From the IMG/VR virus record IMGVR_UViG_3300028490_000003: 63,859 nucleotides of DNA. One strand, given 5' to 3'. The notes beneath the pieces were generated by a model, which was not told the origin of the DNA, made no database searches, and was given only the letters and a program-made list of their open reading frames with translations. This DNA comes from an uncultured virus (IMG/VR IMGVR_UViG_3300028490_000003) (taxonomy: Duplodnaviria; Heunggongvirae; Uroviricota; Caudoviricetes). Each line of letters begins with the position of its first letter. Position 1 is the first letter of the stretch. The position numbers and the translations under genes were made by a program. Shown one piece after another: positions 10,171 to 18,545 of the stretch.

Positions 10171-10204
10171 GGCAATAGTTTTAAGTAATTATTGCCTTTT
10201 CTTT
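10171..10204 (+). terminator. Intrinsic terminator
   Basis: 10-bp stem GGCAATAGTT/AATTATTGCC with a 6-nt loop, followed by TTTTCTTT. Confidence 0.8.
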
Positions 10205-10254
10205 ATTATTAAATTTATTTTTAGTATTATTAAATATAGTAAAAAGATATAAAG

Positions 10255-11205
10255 ATGAGTTATAACCCATATATACAGAGAATATTAATAGAACAAATAC
10301 AAGAGTTTGAGAGCCTTGATCTACAGGATTTTATTCCAGTCGATCCTAATAAACTTCAAATGCTTGCATATGAGCAGAGTGTGAATAGATTCTACATGAT
10401 AGAGTTTCCGTCTGATGGTTCTGGGAATGTTATAGTTAACAAAGCTACTTTGGCTACTGGGCATACTGTAAATACAGATGATCTATCTACTCCACGAGGT
10501 TTTGAATTCAGAGCAGGTTGGGATTTAGATGCAGTTGTAGAGGCTTTATGTAATCCACCTGTTCAGGGAATATTAACATTTAATGCAACACCATATTTAG
10601 TGGAGGTCAATACTCCTACTAATATAACATTATCATATAACTGGGATAAGAAAAGTGAAGGAGATGCTGTGATATCTTCTGTACAGTACTATAGAGGAAC
10701 GTTACCAATAGGAACTATTCCAGATCTATTAACAGCAACAAATGTAGGGCTGATTACCTATAAAGTAGAGTTCACTACATTAGCTACACCACAGTTTCCA
10801 GCCTCAACTAAAACAGGAACAGATACAGTGAAAGCAATATATCCATTTTTTATAGGAGCACAAGATACGTCATTAATAGGAGATATAGGAACTTTAGATA
10901 GTCACCCAATACAACCTCTTCATGATATAAATGCTACTCATTATATGATGGCTAATTTTAATACATTAGTACCACCAGCTACACCTACACCACAAAAGAA
11001 TTACTGGTTTGCAACTCATCAAAGTATGGATCCAATTTCTTGGGTAGCAGTAGATAGTAATGGAGTAGAAGATAATTTAAATAAAGGTCCTATAGGGACA
11101 GCTTTTTCCAATATTGGTAATTTAACATATAAAGGAAATTCTTATAAAATATGGATGGGAACACAACCTACTTTTTATAATAGCAGAATAAAGATAAAAT
11201 TTTAA
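10255..11205 (+). CDS. Putative tail/adaptor virion protein
   Basis: 316 aa, beta-rich with an Ig-like middle part (LTFNATPYLVEVNTPTNITLSYNW...YPFFIGA). Precedes a large fibre-like gene. Confidence 0.55.
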   Translation: MSYNPYIQRILIEQIQEFESLDLQDFIPVDPNKLQMLAYEQSVNRFYMIEFPSDGSGNVIVNKATLATGHTVNTDDLSTPRGFEFRAGWDLDAVVEALCNPPVQGILTFNATPYLVEVNTPTNITLSYNWDKKSEGDAVISSVQYYRGTLPIGTIPDLLTATNVGLITYKVEFTTLATPQFPASTKTGTDTVKAIYPFFIGAQDTSLIGDIGTLDSHPIQPLHDINATHYMMANFNTLVPPATPTPQKNYWFATHQSMDPISWVAVDSNGVEDNLNKGPIGTAFSNIGNLTYKGNSYKIWMGTQPTFYNSRIKIKF

Positions 11206-11208
11206 TAT

Positions 11209-14200
11209 ATGGCAACAGAAGGTATTATACCAGGACAAAGTAGTATAAATGTAAGATATTTTAATCTTGGAAAAGGAGCGTTTGACGTAAAGTTAGCCGT
11301 AGTAAACTTAGCAGAACTTAATTCCCTTATTGCGGAAGTAGGAGGATTTTATGATAGTGGTAACCTTGTATGGGTTATGTCTGAGAGAAAACATTATATT
11401 ATAAATATAGATGGATCAGGTACTGTAACTGCAGCAGAACACGACTTAGGTGGAAGTGGGGGAGGATCCCAAATTCCTAATAGTGGTTTAATGTATTATG
11501 GAGGACAGCAAACAGTATTTGATTGGGAAATCAATAGTGCTGCTTATGCGAAGCCTTCAGTAGTAGGGTATAAAAATGGAGACATGATTGTAGCAGCTGA
11601 TGCTATAACAGGATTCTGTACTCGCTTTGATGTTTGGGAAGTAGAGATAACTACATTTTCTGAGGGTTATTTAAGTAGAGGTTCTATAAAAGGAGATGAT
11701 GGTTTAAAAGGAGATAAAGGAGAGACTGGGGATAAAGGAGAAGCCTTCCAAGTAAATGGACAAGGCCCTTATGCTAGTATGCCTGATTGTACTGATTCAA
11801 ATGTATTTGATGGGTTTGCTTATTTAGCCACTGACCAAGGACTTATATATTTTGCTATAAAGCCTACGATTGGGCAATGTAGTTGGTCTTCAGGGGCACC
11901 TTTTGGTAAAGGAGATCCAGGACGATCTACATATACAGTATTTAGAAGATCAGTACCAAAATTAACTAGTACCGATAGACCTGCAGATGATTCTGTACAA
12001 GAGGTTGTTATTGCTCCTCCAGGTAACTTATGGTTTGACGGAGTTCCTCCAGAAGATGGTAATCCAGGTACAAATGATGTATTGTATATGTCTCAAGCTA
12101 CTTATGCAGTAATAGATAGTACAGTAACACCTATATTAACTGATCCACCTACATTCTCATGGACTACTCCTACACAGGTAGAAGGAGCCGATGGTTTAGA
12201 TGGTAGAGAGGGAACAGATGCTGGATTTTGGGTAGTTTGGAGTGAGGGCAAAGATAAGCCTGCAATACCAACAAATAAACCAGTAAAGGATCCAGTAACT
12301 GGAGAAGATACATGGGCGCCTGATGGTAGCCAAACATGGTTCGACGATATAGATTATGGAAATGTAGATAAAGATGATCCTCGTTGGATGGCTCAAATTA
12401 ACTATAATGGAGCTAATGCTCTTTGGGGAACTTGGGTTGTAACCTTAATTGGAGGAGAAAAACCACCTTATAAAGTAAATATATTTGCTAGAGAAGAAGC
12501 TCAACCTGCAACACCTACATTAGATGTTGACTACATTCAACTTGACGGTACTTTCACATCTGGTGCAAATGCTGCAACTTTAATTAATGCTTCTTTACCA
12601 CAAGCTATTTGGTTTGATGGTCCACCACCAATGCCTTCACCTGTACCTGTACCAGCTCCAAGACTTTGGATGACTGAGGTATTTATAGAAGTTATTGGGC
12701 CTAATAGTAACTGGAGTCCTCCAGTAGAGATTGATGGTGCAGAGGGAGATGAGGCTGGAGTATGGACAGTATGGACAGATAATGCCGCTACTGATGTGAA
12801 CGCATTACCTATACTAGAAACAGCTAATGATATAATTAATAACGAACTTGATACAATAGACTTAACAGGGTCGCCACAATGGTATGATACTAACGATACT
12901 GCAGATGCAGTGTGGATGGCTCAAACATATTTTAGAAAAGGAGTATGGTCTGCGTGGAGAAAAATGAAAGTAAAAGGAGAAAAGGGAGATCCTGGATCAA
13001 GCTTTACAATTGATTCTCAAGGAAACGGAGCACCTACTGGCACAATGTATTGTGATAAACCTAAGGGGTGGTCATATTTAAATTTGACATCTAGTTTATT
13101 ATACTTTAAAACAACAGATATACAAGCGGATCCTTGTACGGGAGTTGGATGGTCTGCTGGAGCGCCTTTTGGAAAGGGTTCTAATGGGGCCAATTCTTAT
13201 AATTTATTTGCTCAAGGGCCTGTTACACCAGCGCCTACAGCACCAGGACCTAATGTAAGAAAAGATGCTGCTATAGGGTCTCTATGGAAAGATGCACCTC
13301 CTGTAATAGCAGTAGGTAGTGTTAATAAACTATGGATGACAACTACAAATTATGCTGTTAATGACGATAATACAACATCGCCTGTATCCTTTACATGGTC
13401 TACATCTGTACAGATAGATGGAGAAGAGGGTGTAAGTGCAGGTATCTGGTCTATATGGAGTTCGGCAGCAACACCGCCACCTCCACCACCAGCTGGTACA
13501 GTAGTATCAAATGATGGGTCTTCTATTAATTTATCTGGAGCCGCAGATTGGGAAGATGACGTGGCACAATTACCTGGCCCTGCTATTTGGATGGCAACAT
13601 CTTTTTACAGACCAGCACAACCTACTGAAACAGGAGATGCTAATGGATGGGTATGGACAGTATGGACAATTAATAAAGTTAAAGGTGAAGATGGAAATAC
13701 TGGAGTAGATGGTACTCCTGCATATTCTTATGTTCCTACCACAGTATTTTTAAAGAGATTAGCAACTGATACAGTTTTACCAGGAAGTAGCCCAGTAGGG
13801 TTCTGTCTGACTAATACTAATAATGTGTATTCTATAAATGATACTGGAGGAATGCTTATTGGGGCTACTCAATTTAGTTTCACACCAGATCCAACACACC
13901 CATATAGAACATTATATGATGGTATTCCAAATACTACAAATGATGAGAGAGTTTGGATGTTATCTGGAGTACTGAATAGTAATGATCATTTATGTAGTAA
14001 TTTATATCACTGGCCAACACCTTCTATATTGAAAGACACGGCTGGTATTGATTATAAATACCATAGAGGGGCTGGTTCTCCTTCTAGTGGGCAGTCTGGT
14101 ACTAAACCTGCTGATCCTTCTGGTTCTGGAACTAATCCAGATACTATAGGATGGTATGATGATCCAGATCTAGTTGTAGGGAATGCCTTTTGGATAGCTC

Positions 14201-15123
14201 AGAAAAACTGGAGTGAGGGACCTGCAGCACAATGGAAGGTATACCAGATTAGAGGAGAAGACGGTGCATCTAGTAATGTAAATGTATATTATAGTACATG
14301 GTATAATTATAATCCAAATAGCCCAGAAGCAGTATTTAATAGTGTAGGGGTACAAAATATGTTAGGAACTCCTGACAATAAACCAGCTATCTGGACACCT
14401 GGTAGAGAGACAGATAATCATGTATATTCAGATATTTGTGCATCTTCTACAAATAGTTATTTTGTAGCTGAAAGAATGGGAACTACCCCACCTCCGCCAG
14501 CAGTACCAGAAGACCCTGCTAGAGGATTATATAATCCTTTTATAGCAGATGATTGGGTAATAAGTAGAATTGACGTTACAGCTTTACCTCTTAGAAACAC
14601 TATAAATTTTAGTAGTTCTGTTGAATTAATATCTACTGGAAATAAATTAAATAAAGCTCTTTCACATACTGCAGGAGTTATACGTCTTGCACGCCCTGGG
14701 GATACAGAAAAAGTTACTGGAGGTGCTGTGGATATTGTAGATGGTATTGATCCTGGGTCAACTATACGAAATGTAGGTTTTCCTTCAATATTTATAACAA
14801 ACTGGGTGAATCATTTTACAGACGAGACTTTATTACTTAAAGTACATATTCAACGTTTTGGTAATGTGGACCCAAATACAGTATGTAATGGAGGTACTAA
14901 TATGATAGGAAATTTTATGCATGATGGTAAATATGCGTATCCAGAACCTGGAAGACAGATTTATACTGATACTAGAGCTCCTTGGTCACCACTTCTAGCT
15001 GGGGATCCTTCTCAATACTTTAAAATTTGGAAGTGGACTGATAACCCACAAACAGCTAATGCTAGTATTATAGAAGTAGATGCAAATGGAATAGTGTTAG
15101 GTGGTGGAGGTCTTTGCCCTTAA
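11209..15123 (+). CDS. Large modular tail fibre/adhesin with short collagen-like linkers and Trp/Pro-rich repeated modules
   Basis: 1304 aa. Modules (W.DG.P...LWM...W..P..IDG..G and AG.W.VWS...WMA...W...KVKGE) recur, WS.GAPFGKG is duplicated, and the C-terminal domain is shared with 5903..6898. Confidence 0.75.
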   Translation: MATEGIIPGQSSINVRYFNLGKGAFDVKLAVVNLAELNSLIAEVGGFYDSGNLVWVMSERKHYIINIDGSGTVTAAEHDLGGSGGGSQIPNSGLMYYGGQQTVFDWEINSAAYAKPSVVGYKNGDMIVAADAITGFCTRFDVWEVEITTFSEGYLSRGSIKGDDGLKGDKGETGDKGEAFQVNGQGPYASMPDCTDSNVFDGFAYLATDQGLIYFAIKPTIGQCSWSSGAPFGKGDPGRSTYTVFRRSVPKLTSTDRPADDSVQEVVIAPPGNLWFDGVPPEDGNPGTNDVLYMSQATYAVIDSTVTPILTDPPTFSWTTPTQVEGADGLDGREGTDAGFWVVWSEGKDKPAIPTNKPVKDPVTGEDTWAPDGSQTWFDDIDYGNVDKDDPRWMAQINYNGANALWGTWVVTLIGGEKPPYKVNIFAREEAQPATPTLDVDYIQLDGTFTSGANAATLINASLPQAIWFDGPPPMPSPVPVPAPRLWMTEVFIEVIGPNSNWSPPVEIDGAEGDEAGVWTVWTDNAATDVNALPILETANDIINNELDTIDLTGSPQWYDTNDTADAVWMAQTYFRKGVWSAWRKMKVKGEKGDPGSSFTIDSQGNGAPTGTMYCDKPKGWSYLNLTSSLLYFKTTDIQADPCTGVGWSAGAPFGKGSNGANSYNLFAQGPVTPAPTAPGPNVRKDAAIGSLWKDAPPVIAVGSVNKLWMTTTNYAVNDDNTTSPVSFTWSTSVQIDGEEGVSAGIWSIWSSAATPPPPPPAGTVVSNDGSSINLSGAADWEDDVAQLPGPAIWMATSFYRPAQPTETGDANGWVWTVWTINKVKGEDGNTGVDGTPAYSYVPTTVFLKRLATDTVLPGSSPVGFCLTNTNNVYSINDTGGMLIGATQFSFTPDPTHPYRTLYDGIPNTTNDERVWMLSGVLNSNDHLCSNLYHWPTPSILKDTAGIDYKYHRGAGSPSSGQSGTKPADPSGSGTNPDTIGWYDDPDLVVGNAFWIAQKNWSEGPAAQWKVYQIRGEDGASSNVNVYYSTWYNYNPNSPEAVFNSVGVQNMLGTPDNKPAIWTPGRETDNHVYSDICASSTNSYFVAERMGTTPPPPAVPEDPARGLYNPFIADDWVISRIDVTALPLRNTINFSSSVELISTGNKLNKALSHTAGVIRLARPGDTEKVTGGAVDIVDGIDPGSTIRNVGFPSIFITNWVNHFTDETLLLKVHIQRFGNVDPNTVCNGGTNMIGNFMHDGKYAYPEPGRQIYTDTRAPWSPLLAGDPSQYFKIWKWTDNPQTANASIIEVDANGIVLGGGGLCP

Positions 15124-15164
15124 TAAATAATAAATAGAATAAATAATAAATAATATTGAAAATT

Positions 15165-15929
15165 ATGAAATATCGCAATAACGTTAAAAGCAGAAGATTT
15201 GGAACTGGGGGTCAGTCAGGATACTCTACACAAACTCCTATAACTGGTAATTCTACAACGGAATTAAATCAACCAGGGATGACTCCTATTGACGGGTCTA
15301 CAATGAAACCTGCTCAGGGGGTTAATCTTCAAGGCAATGGTGATGGAAGTTTAGCAGGATTGGCAAGTAATCCAACTATGCAAGGAATGGCTTCTTCAGC
15401 TGTTGGGGCAGGAGTTGATCTTGCAGCTGATTCTTTAGCTGATAAGAAAAACTATACTCATACTAAGAAAGAGGCTGCTGGTACTATTGGTGGGTCTATT
15501 TTAAAAGGTGCCGCTACTGGAGCTATTGCAGGAGCAGCTGGATTAAATCCAGTTACTATTGCTGCTGGAGCTGTTATTGGAGCTGTTACAGGTTTAGTTA
15601 CAGGACTTCTAAAGAATAGAAAAAAGAAAAAAGCTGCTGAAGCTAATCTAGATAATAGAAATGAAGGGCAAGCTGCCAATGCTTCTAATATCAGATTAAA
15701 AGAACTTATGGCTAGGGGACAATCAAGTGGGGCTCCTACATCAGGACCTACTAATGCCGCTGCTGCTCCTGCTCCATTGAATGGACAACCAGCACAGGCA
15801 GCACAACCAGCTGCAGCTGCACCAACTAGACCTACTCCTCAATTTGCGGGGTATGCTAGAAAAGGGCTTAAGTTTTCTGCAAGTGATATAGTTAATATTA
15901 AAGCTATTGCTGCTAAAAAAAAAAGATAA
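15165..15929 (+). CDS. Internal virion (ejection-type) protein with glycine-zipper hydrophobic hairpin; probably the N-terminal part of a frameshifted gene continuing to 16240
   Basis: ATG at 15165 (the track uses TTG at 15156). Contains GTIGGSILKGAATGAIAGAAGLNPVTIAAGAVIGAVTGLVTGLL. Ends immediately after an A10 run. Confidence 0.65.
   Translation: MKYRNNVKSRRFGTGGQSGYSTQTPITGNSTTELNQPGMTPIDGSTMKPAQGVNLQGNGDGSLAGLASNPTMQGMASSAVGAGVDLAADSLADKKNYTHTKKEAAGTIGGSILKGAATGAIAGAAGLNPVTIAAGAVIGAVTGLVTGLLKNRKKKKAAEANLDNRNEGQAANASNIRLKELMARGQSSGAPTSGPTNAAAAPAPLNGQPAQAAQPAAAAPTRPTPQFAGYARKGLKFSASDIVNIKAIAAKKKR
15915..15924 (+). other. A10 run at a -1 frame break (slippage site or assembly error)
   Basis: The -1 frame is open from 15917 (KKKISFKSGGVLAPTVNIVPNGVLHEE...) and runs into ORF 15971..16240. 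Confidence 0.7.
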
Positions 15930-15970
15930 GTTTTAAATCTGGAGGAGTTTTAGCACCTACTGTAAATATA

Positions 15971-16240
15971 GTGCCTAATGGTGTTTTACATGAGGAGTTT
16001 AATGAACTTGGAGATAAAGGCATGCCTGTTGTAACATGTGATATGGATAAACAGGTATGTGAAAAAAAGTATGAGATAGAGAAAGATGAACTTATCTTGA
16101 CTAAATCTACTACTAAGACAGCAGAAGAATTATCTAAAGGAGGTAAATTAAAAGAATTAGGAGAGTTTATGACTCTACAATTACTTGCAAATACACATTC
16201 TTTTACAGATAAATTCAGCGACCTTAATAAACTAAATTAA
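15971..16240 (+). CDS. crAss-like virion protein domain (likely C-terminal part of the 15165 gene)
   Basis: Has only a GTG start. PNGVLHEE...KGMPVV...EIEKDELIL...T...ELG resembles the C-terminal domain of 16245..16925. Confidence 0.6.
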   Translation: MPNGVLHEEFNELGDKGMPVVTCDMDKQVCEKKYEIEKDELILTKSTTKTAEELSKGGKLKELGEFMTLQLLANTHSFTDKFSDLNKLN

Positions 16241-16244
16241 GAAG

Positions 16245-16925
16245 ATGGAACAGATAAAGATAGGAAATGATATATTCACGGTAACTGTTGTAACTAGTCA
16301 AGAAGCTATGACTCAGGGTTTAGGGGGAACAGACTCTCTAGAGAAAGGCACTGGTATGCTATTTGATTTTGGTAAAGCTAGTGAAATAACTATGAATATG
16401 ATGAAGATGAAATACTCTTTAGATATGATATTTATAGGAGAAGATGATAAAGTTATAAAAGTTGTTTCTATGGAGCCTGGTGAAAATGAGGTGACTGTTC
16501 CTAACGTAAGATATGTTGTAGAAGTTAATAAAGGAGAAGGTGCTGGAAAAGTAAAGCCAAAAGAAGAACTTGAAGAAGAAGTAAATGATAATATGAAGAA
16601 TGAAGACGAGAGTCAAAATATGATAGTGAATAGTAAAAATATATCAGGAAGCATACAAGAAAAATTTCAGGCTGGAGGAAGCTTCAAACTCTATGAAGAG
16701 GAGGTAAAAGCTCTACCTGGATCTATGCACGTGTTAGATGATACAGGTAAGGTCCTTATGAATATAACTGGAGGAGAGAGAATCTTTTCTATAGGACATA
16801 CTGAGAAACTTATAGCGGGAGCTAAAAAAGTAAAAGCAGGTGAATTACCACCTGAAGAACTTGGAAAAATTATGGCAAACATAATCCAAATTCAAAACAC
16901 ACAAAAACCTGAATATGTTAATTAA
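16245..16925 (+). CDS. DUF192 domain-containing protein
   Basis: N-terminal QGL...LEKGTGMLFDF...M..SLDMIFI...RYVVEVNKG is the DUF192 pattern. A second domain follows KFQAGG. Confidence 0.85.
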   Translation: MEQIKIGNDIFTVTVVTSQEAMTQGLGGTDSLEKGTGMLFDFGKASEITMNMMKMKYSLDMIFIGEDDKVIKVVSMEPGENEVTVPNVRYVVEVNKGEGAGKVKPKEELEEEVNDNMKNEDESQNMIVNSKNISGSIQEKFQAGGSFKLYEEEVKALPGSMHVLDDTGKVLMNITGGERIFSIGHTEKLIAGAKKVKAGELPPEELGKIMANIIQIQNTQKPEYVN

Positions 16926-18049
16926 TGAAAGCTAAATCACAGAATAAAGAACTTTACACATCATTAAAAAAAAGAGCAGGGGCTCGAAAACAGACCAAGG
17001 TAGAAATAAACAAAGCTACTAGGGATGTAATTAGTGGCCTATTGCCTAAAGTCAAGGAATCTAAAGATAAGGATAGTAATAATTATAAGAAGATGCTTAA
17101 TCAGGCACAGTCTAATTATGATAAAAAATTAGCTTCATTATCTAAGGCGTATTCAAATAAACTTAATGAGAGTATAGGCGTAAGTACAGACAAAATAAAA
17201 GGATTAGAAACCCAACTAAAAAAGGGGGATAAAAAATTTAATACTCTTTTAAACAGAAGTAGTAATTCTTTTGCAGCTTTAAATTCTCAAATAAGAGAAC
17301 TAGCTAAGCAGAAGTCTAATGTCGCAGTACCTACACAGCCTGCTCCTGTGCCTACATCTGGAGCTGTTACTAGATCCTATGAGGATACACCTTTATTTGA
17401 TTTTAACATATCACCTACAAGTTACCAAGATACTTTAACATCTCCATTACCTCCAATTACAAATACTGCAGATTCTTTTAACAGTATAGGACTTGCTTCA
17501 TTGAGTATAGATAAAGAATCTTTAGGGGTTGGATCCTTTATTGATTTTGGAAACTATCAGATAAAACTTACAAACAAATTTGGAATAAGAAGTGGTGCGA
17601 ATGCAGTAAAAGGAGTACCAGAAACAGAGCATTCTAATGGGATAGATATCAGATTATATAAAGATAATAAACCAGTGGATCTTCCTATATCTATTGCAGA
17701 CGGTACTATAGTAAAAATAGAATTAGACGGGAGTAGCACTCCTATACCAACCAGTGAGGGAAGAGTAGGAGGATATTACATGTATGTACAACTAGATGAG
17801 GACCCTACTAAGATTGTAAAATATGTACATCTACCAAAAGAAGTATTCTCTCTTAAAGGAGATCTAATGGGGAAGCATTTAAAAAGAGGAGATATAATAG
17901 TTAATAGTACTGGCACATCTGGTACTGGAACAGCCCCTCATATTAAAGTAGCAGTAGGTACATACGATGCAAAAACTAATAAATCTTTTATGGATTATAG
18001 TAAAAAAGAGAACGATCCTACAAATTTATTGCTTACAGGTAGCCTTTAA
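16925..18049 (+). CDS. Coiled-coil plus M23/LytM-like peptidase domain protein (atypical metal ligands)
   Basis: TNKFGIR...EHSNGIDI...SIADGTIV...GGYYMYV...YVHL...KRGDII...TGTAPHIK follows the M23 motif order. Confidence 0.7.
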   Translation: MKAKSQNKELYTSLKKRAGARKQTKVEINKATRDVISGLLPKVKESKDKDSNNYKKMLNQAQSNYDKKLASLSKAYSNKLNESIGVSTDKIKGLETQLKKGDKKFNTLLNRSSNSFAALNSQIRELAKQKSNVAVPTQPAPVPTSGAVTRSYEDTPLFDFNISPTSYQDTLTSPLPPITNTADSFNSIGLASLSIDKESLGVGSFIDFGNYQIKLTNKFGIRSGANAVKGVPETEHSNGIDIRLYKDNKPVDLPISIADGTIVKIELDGSSTPIPTSEGRVGGYYMYVQLDEDPTKIVKYVHLPKEVFSLKGDLMGKHLKRGDIIVNSTGTSGTGTAPHIKVAVGTYDAKTNKSFMDYSKKENDPTNLLLTGSL

Positions 18050-18135
18050 TACAATAAAGTTAAAAAATTATAGTATTATATATAAGATAATATTGTAATC
18101 ATAAAAATAATAATTAATTTAAAATAATTTCAGAA

Positions 18136-18462
18136 ATGGGACATTACTTAAACACTTACGGTAAAAAACGTAAATTTCAAGAAGGTGGCGCAATGGCACC
18201 AGCACCAGAAGCAGGAGGAGCACCCCCTGCACCAGAAGCAGCACCAGGAGGTGGCGGAGAAGAAGAACTTTTTGCACTAGCTGAAGCAGCTGTACAGGGA
18301 GACCAAGAAGCAGCTACTCAATTGGGTATGGCTCTTGCTCCAATGATTTTAGAACAAGCATCTGCAATGGGACAAGAAGCTGGAGGAGGCGCTGAACAAG
18401 CTCCGCCTGAAGGTGGAACTCCTGTATTTGGATCAGGAGGAAAGTTTTTAAGAAAAGTATAA
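18136..18462 (+). CDS. Small Ala/Gly/Glu-rich internal virion protein
   Basis: 108 aa with KRKFQEGG near the N-terminus and VFGSGGKF near the C-terminus. Followed by its own terminator. Confidence 0.7.
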   Translation: MGHYLNTYGKKRKFQEGGAMAPAPEAGGAPPAPEAAPGGGGEEELFALAEAAVQGDQEAATQLGMALAPMILEQASAMGQEAGGGAEQAPPEGGTPVFGSGGKFLRKV

Positions 18463-18487
18463 TTCTATTTTTCTTTTGATTTTATTA

Positions 18488-18526
18488 CCCCTTCTTATCA
18501 ATTGATGAGGTAGGGGATCTTTTGTT
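18488..18526 (+). terminator. Intrinsic terminator
   Basis: CCCCTTCTTATCA...TGATGAGGTAGGGG imperfect hairpin followed by ATCTTTTGTT. Confidence 0.7.
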
Positions 18527-18545
18527 AATATTAATATAACTTAAA

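Noticed and set aside
803..15123. Diversity-generating retroelement or invertible cassette acting on the adhesins
   Set aside because: No reverse transcriptase or recombinase in the window. The repeated domains are diverged at all base types, and I saw no near-identical adenine-variable pair. An element outside the window cannot be excluded.
15941..15947. GGAGGAG as a Shine-Dalgarno sequence for the GTG at 15971
   Set aside because: The spacing is 23 nt, other genes here have A-rich leaders without such sequences, and these bases encode the GG of the FKSGG tag.
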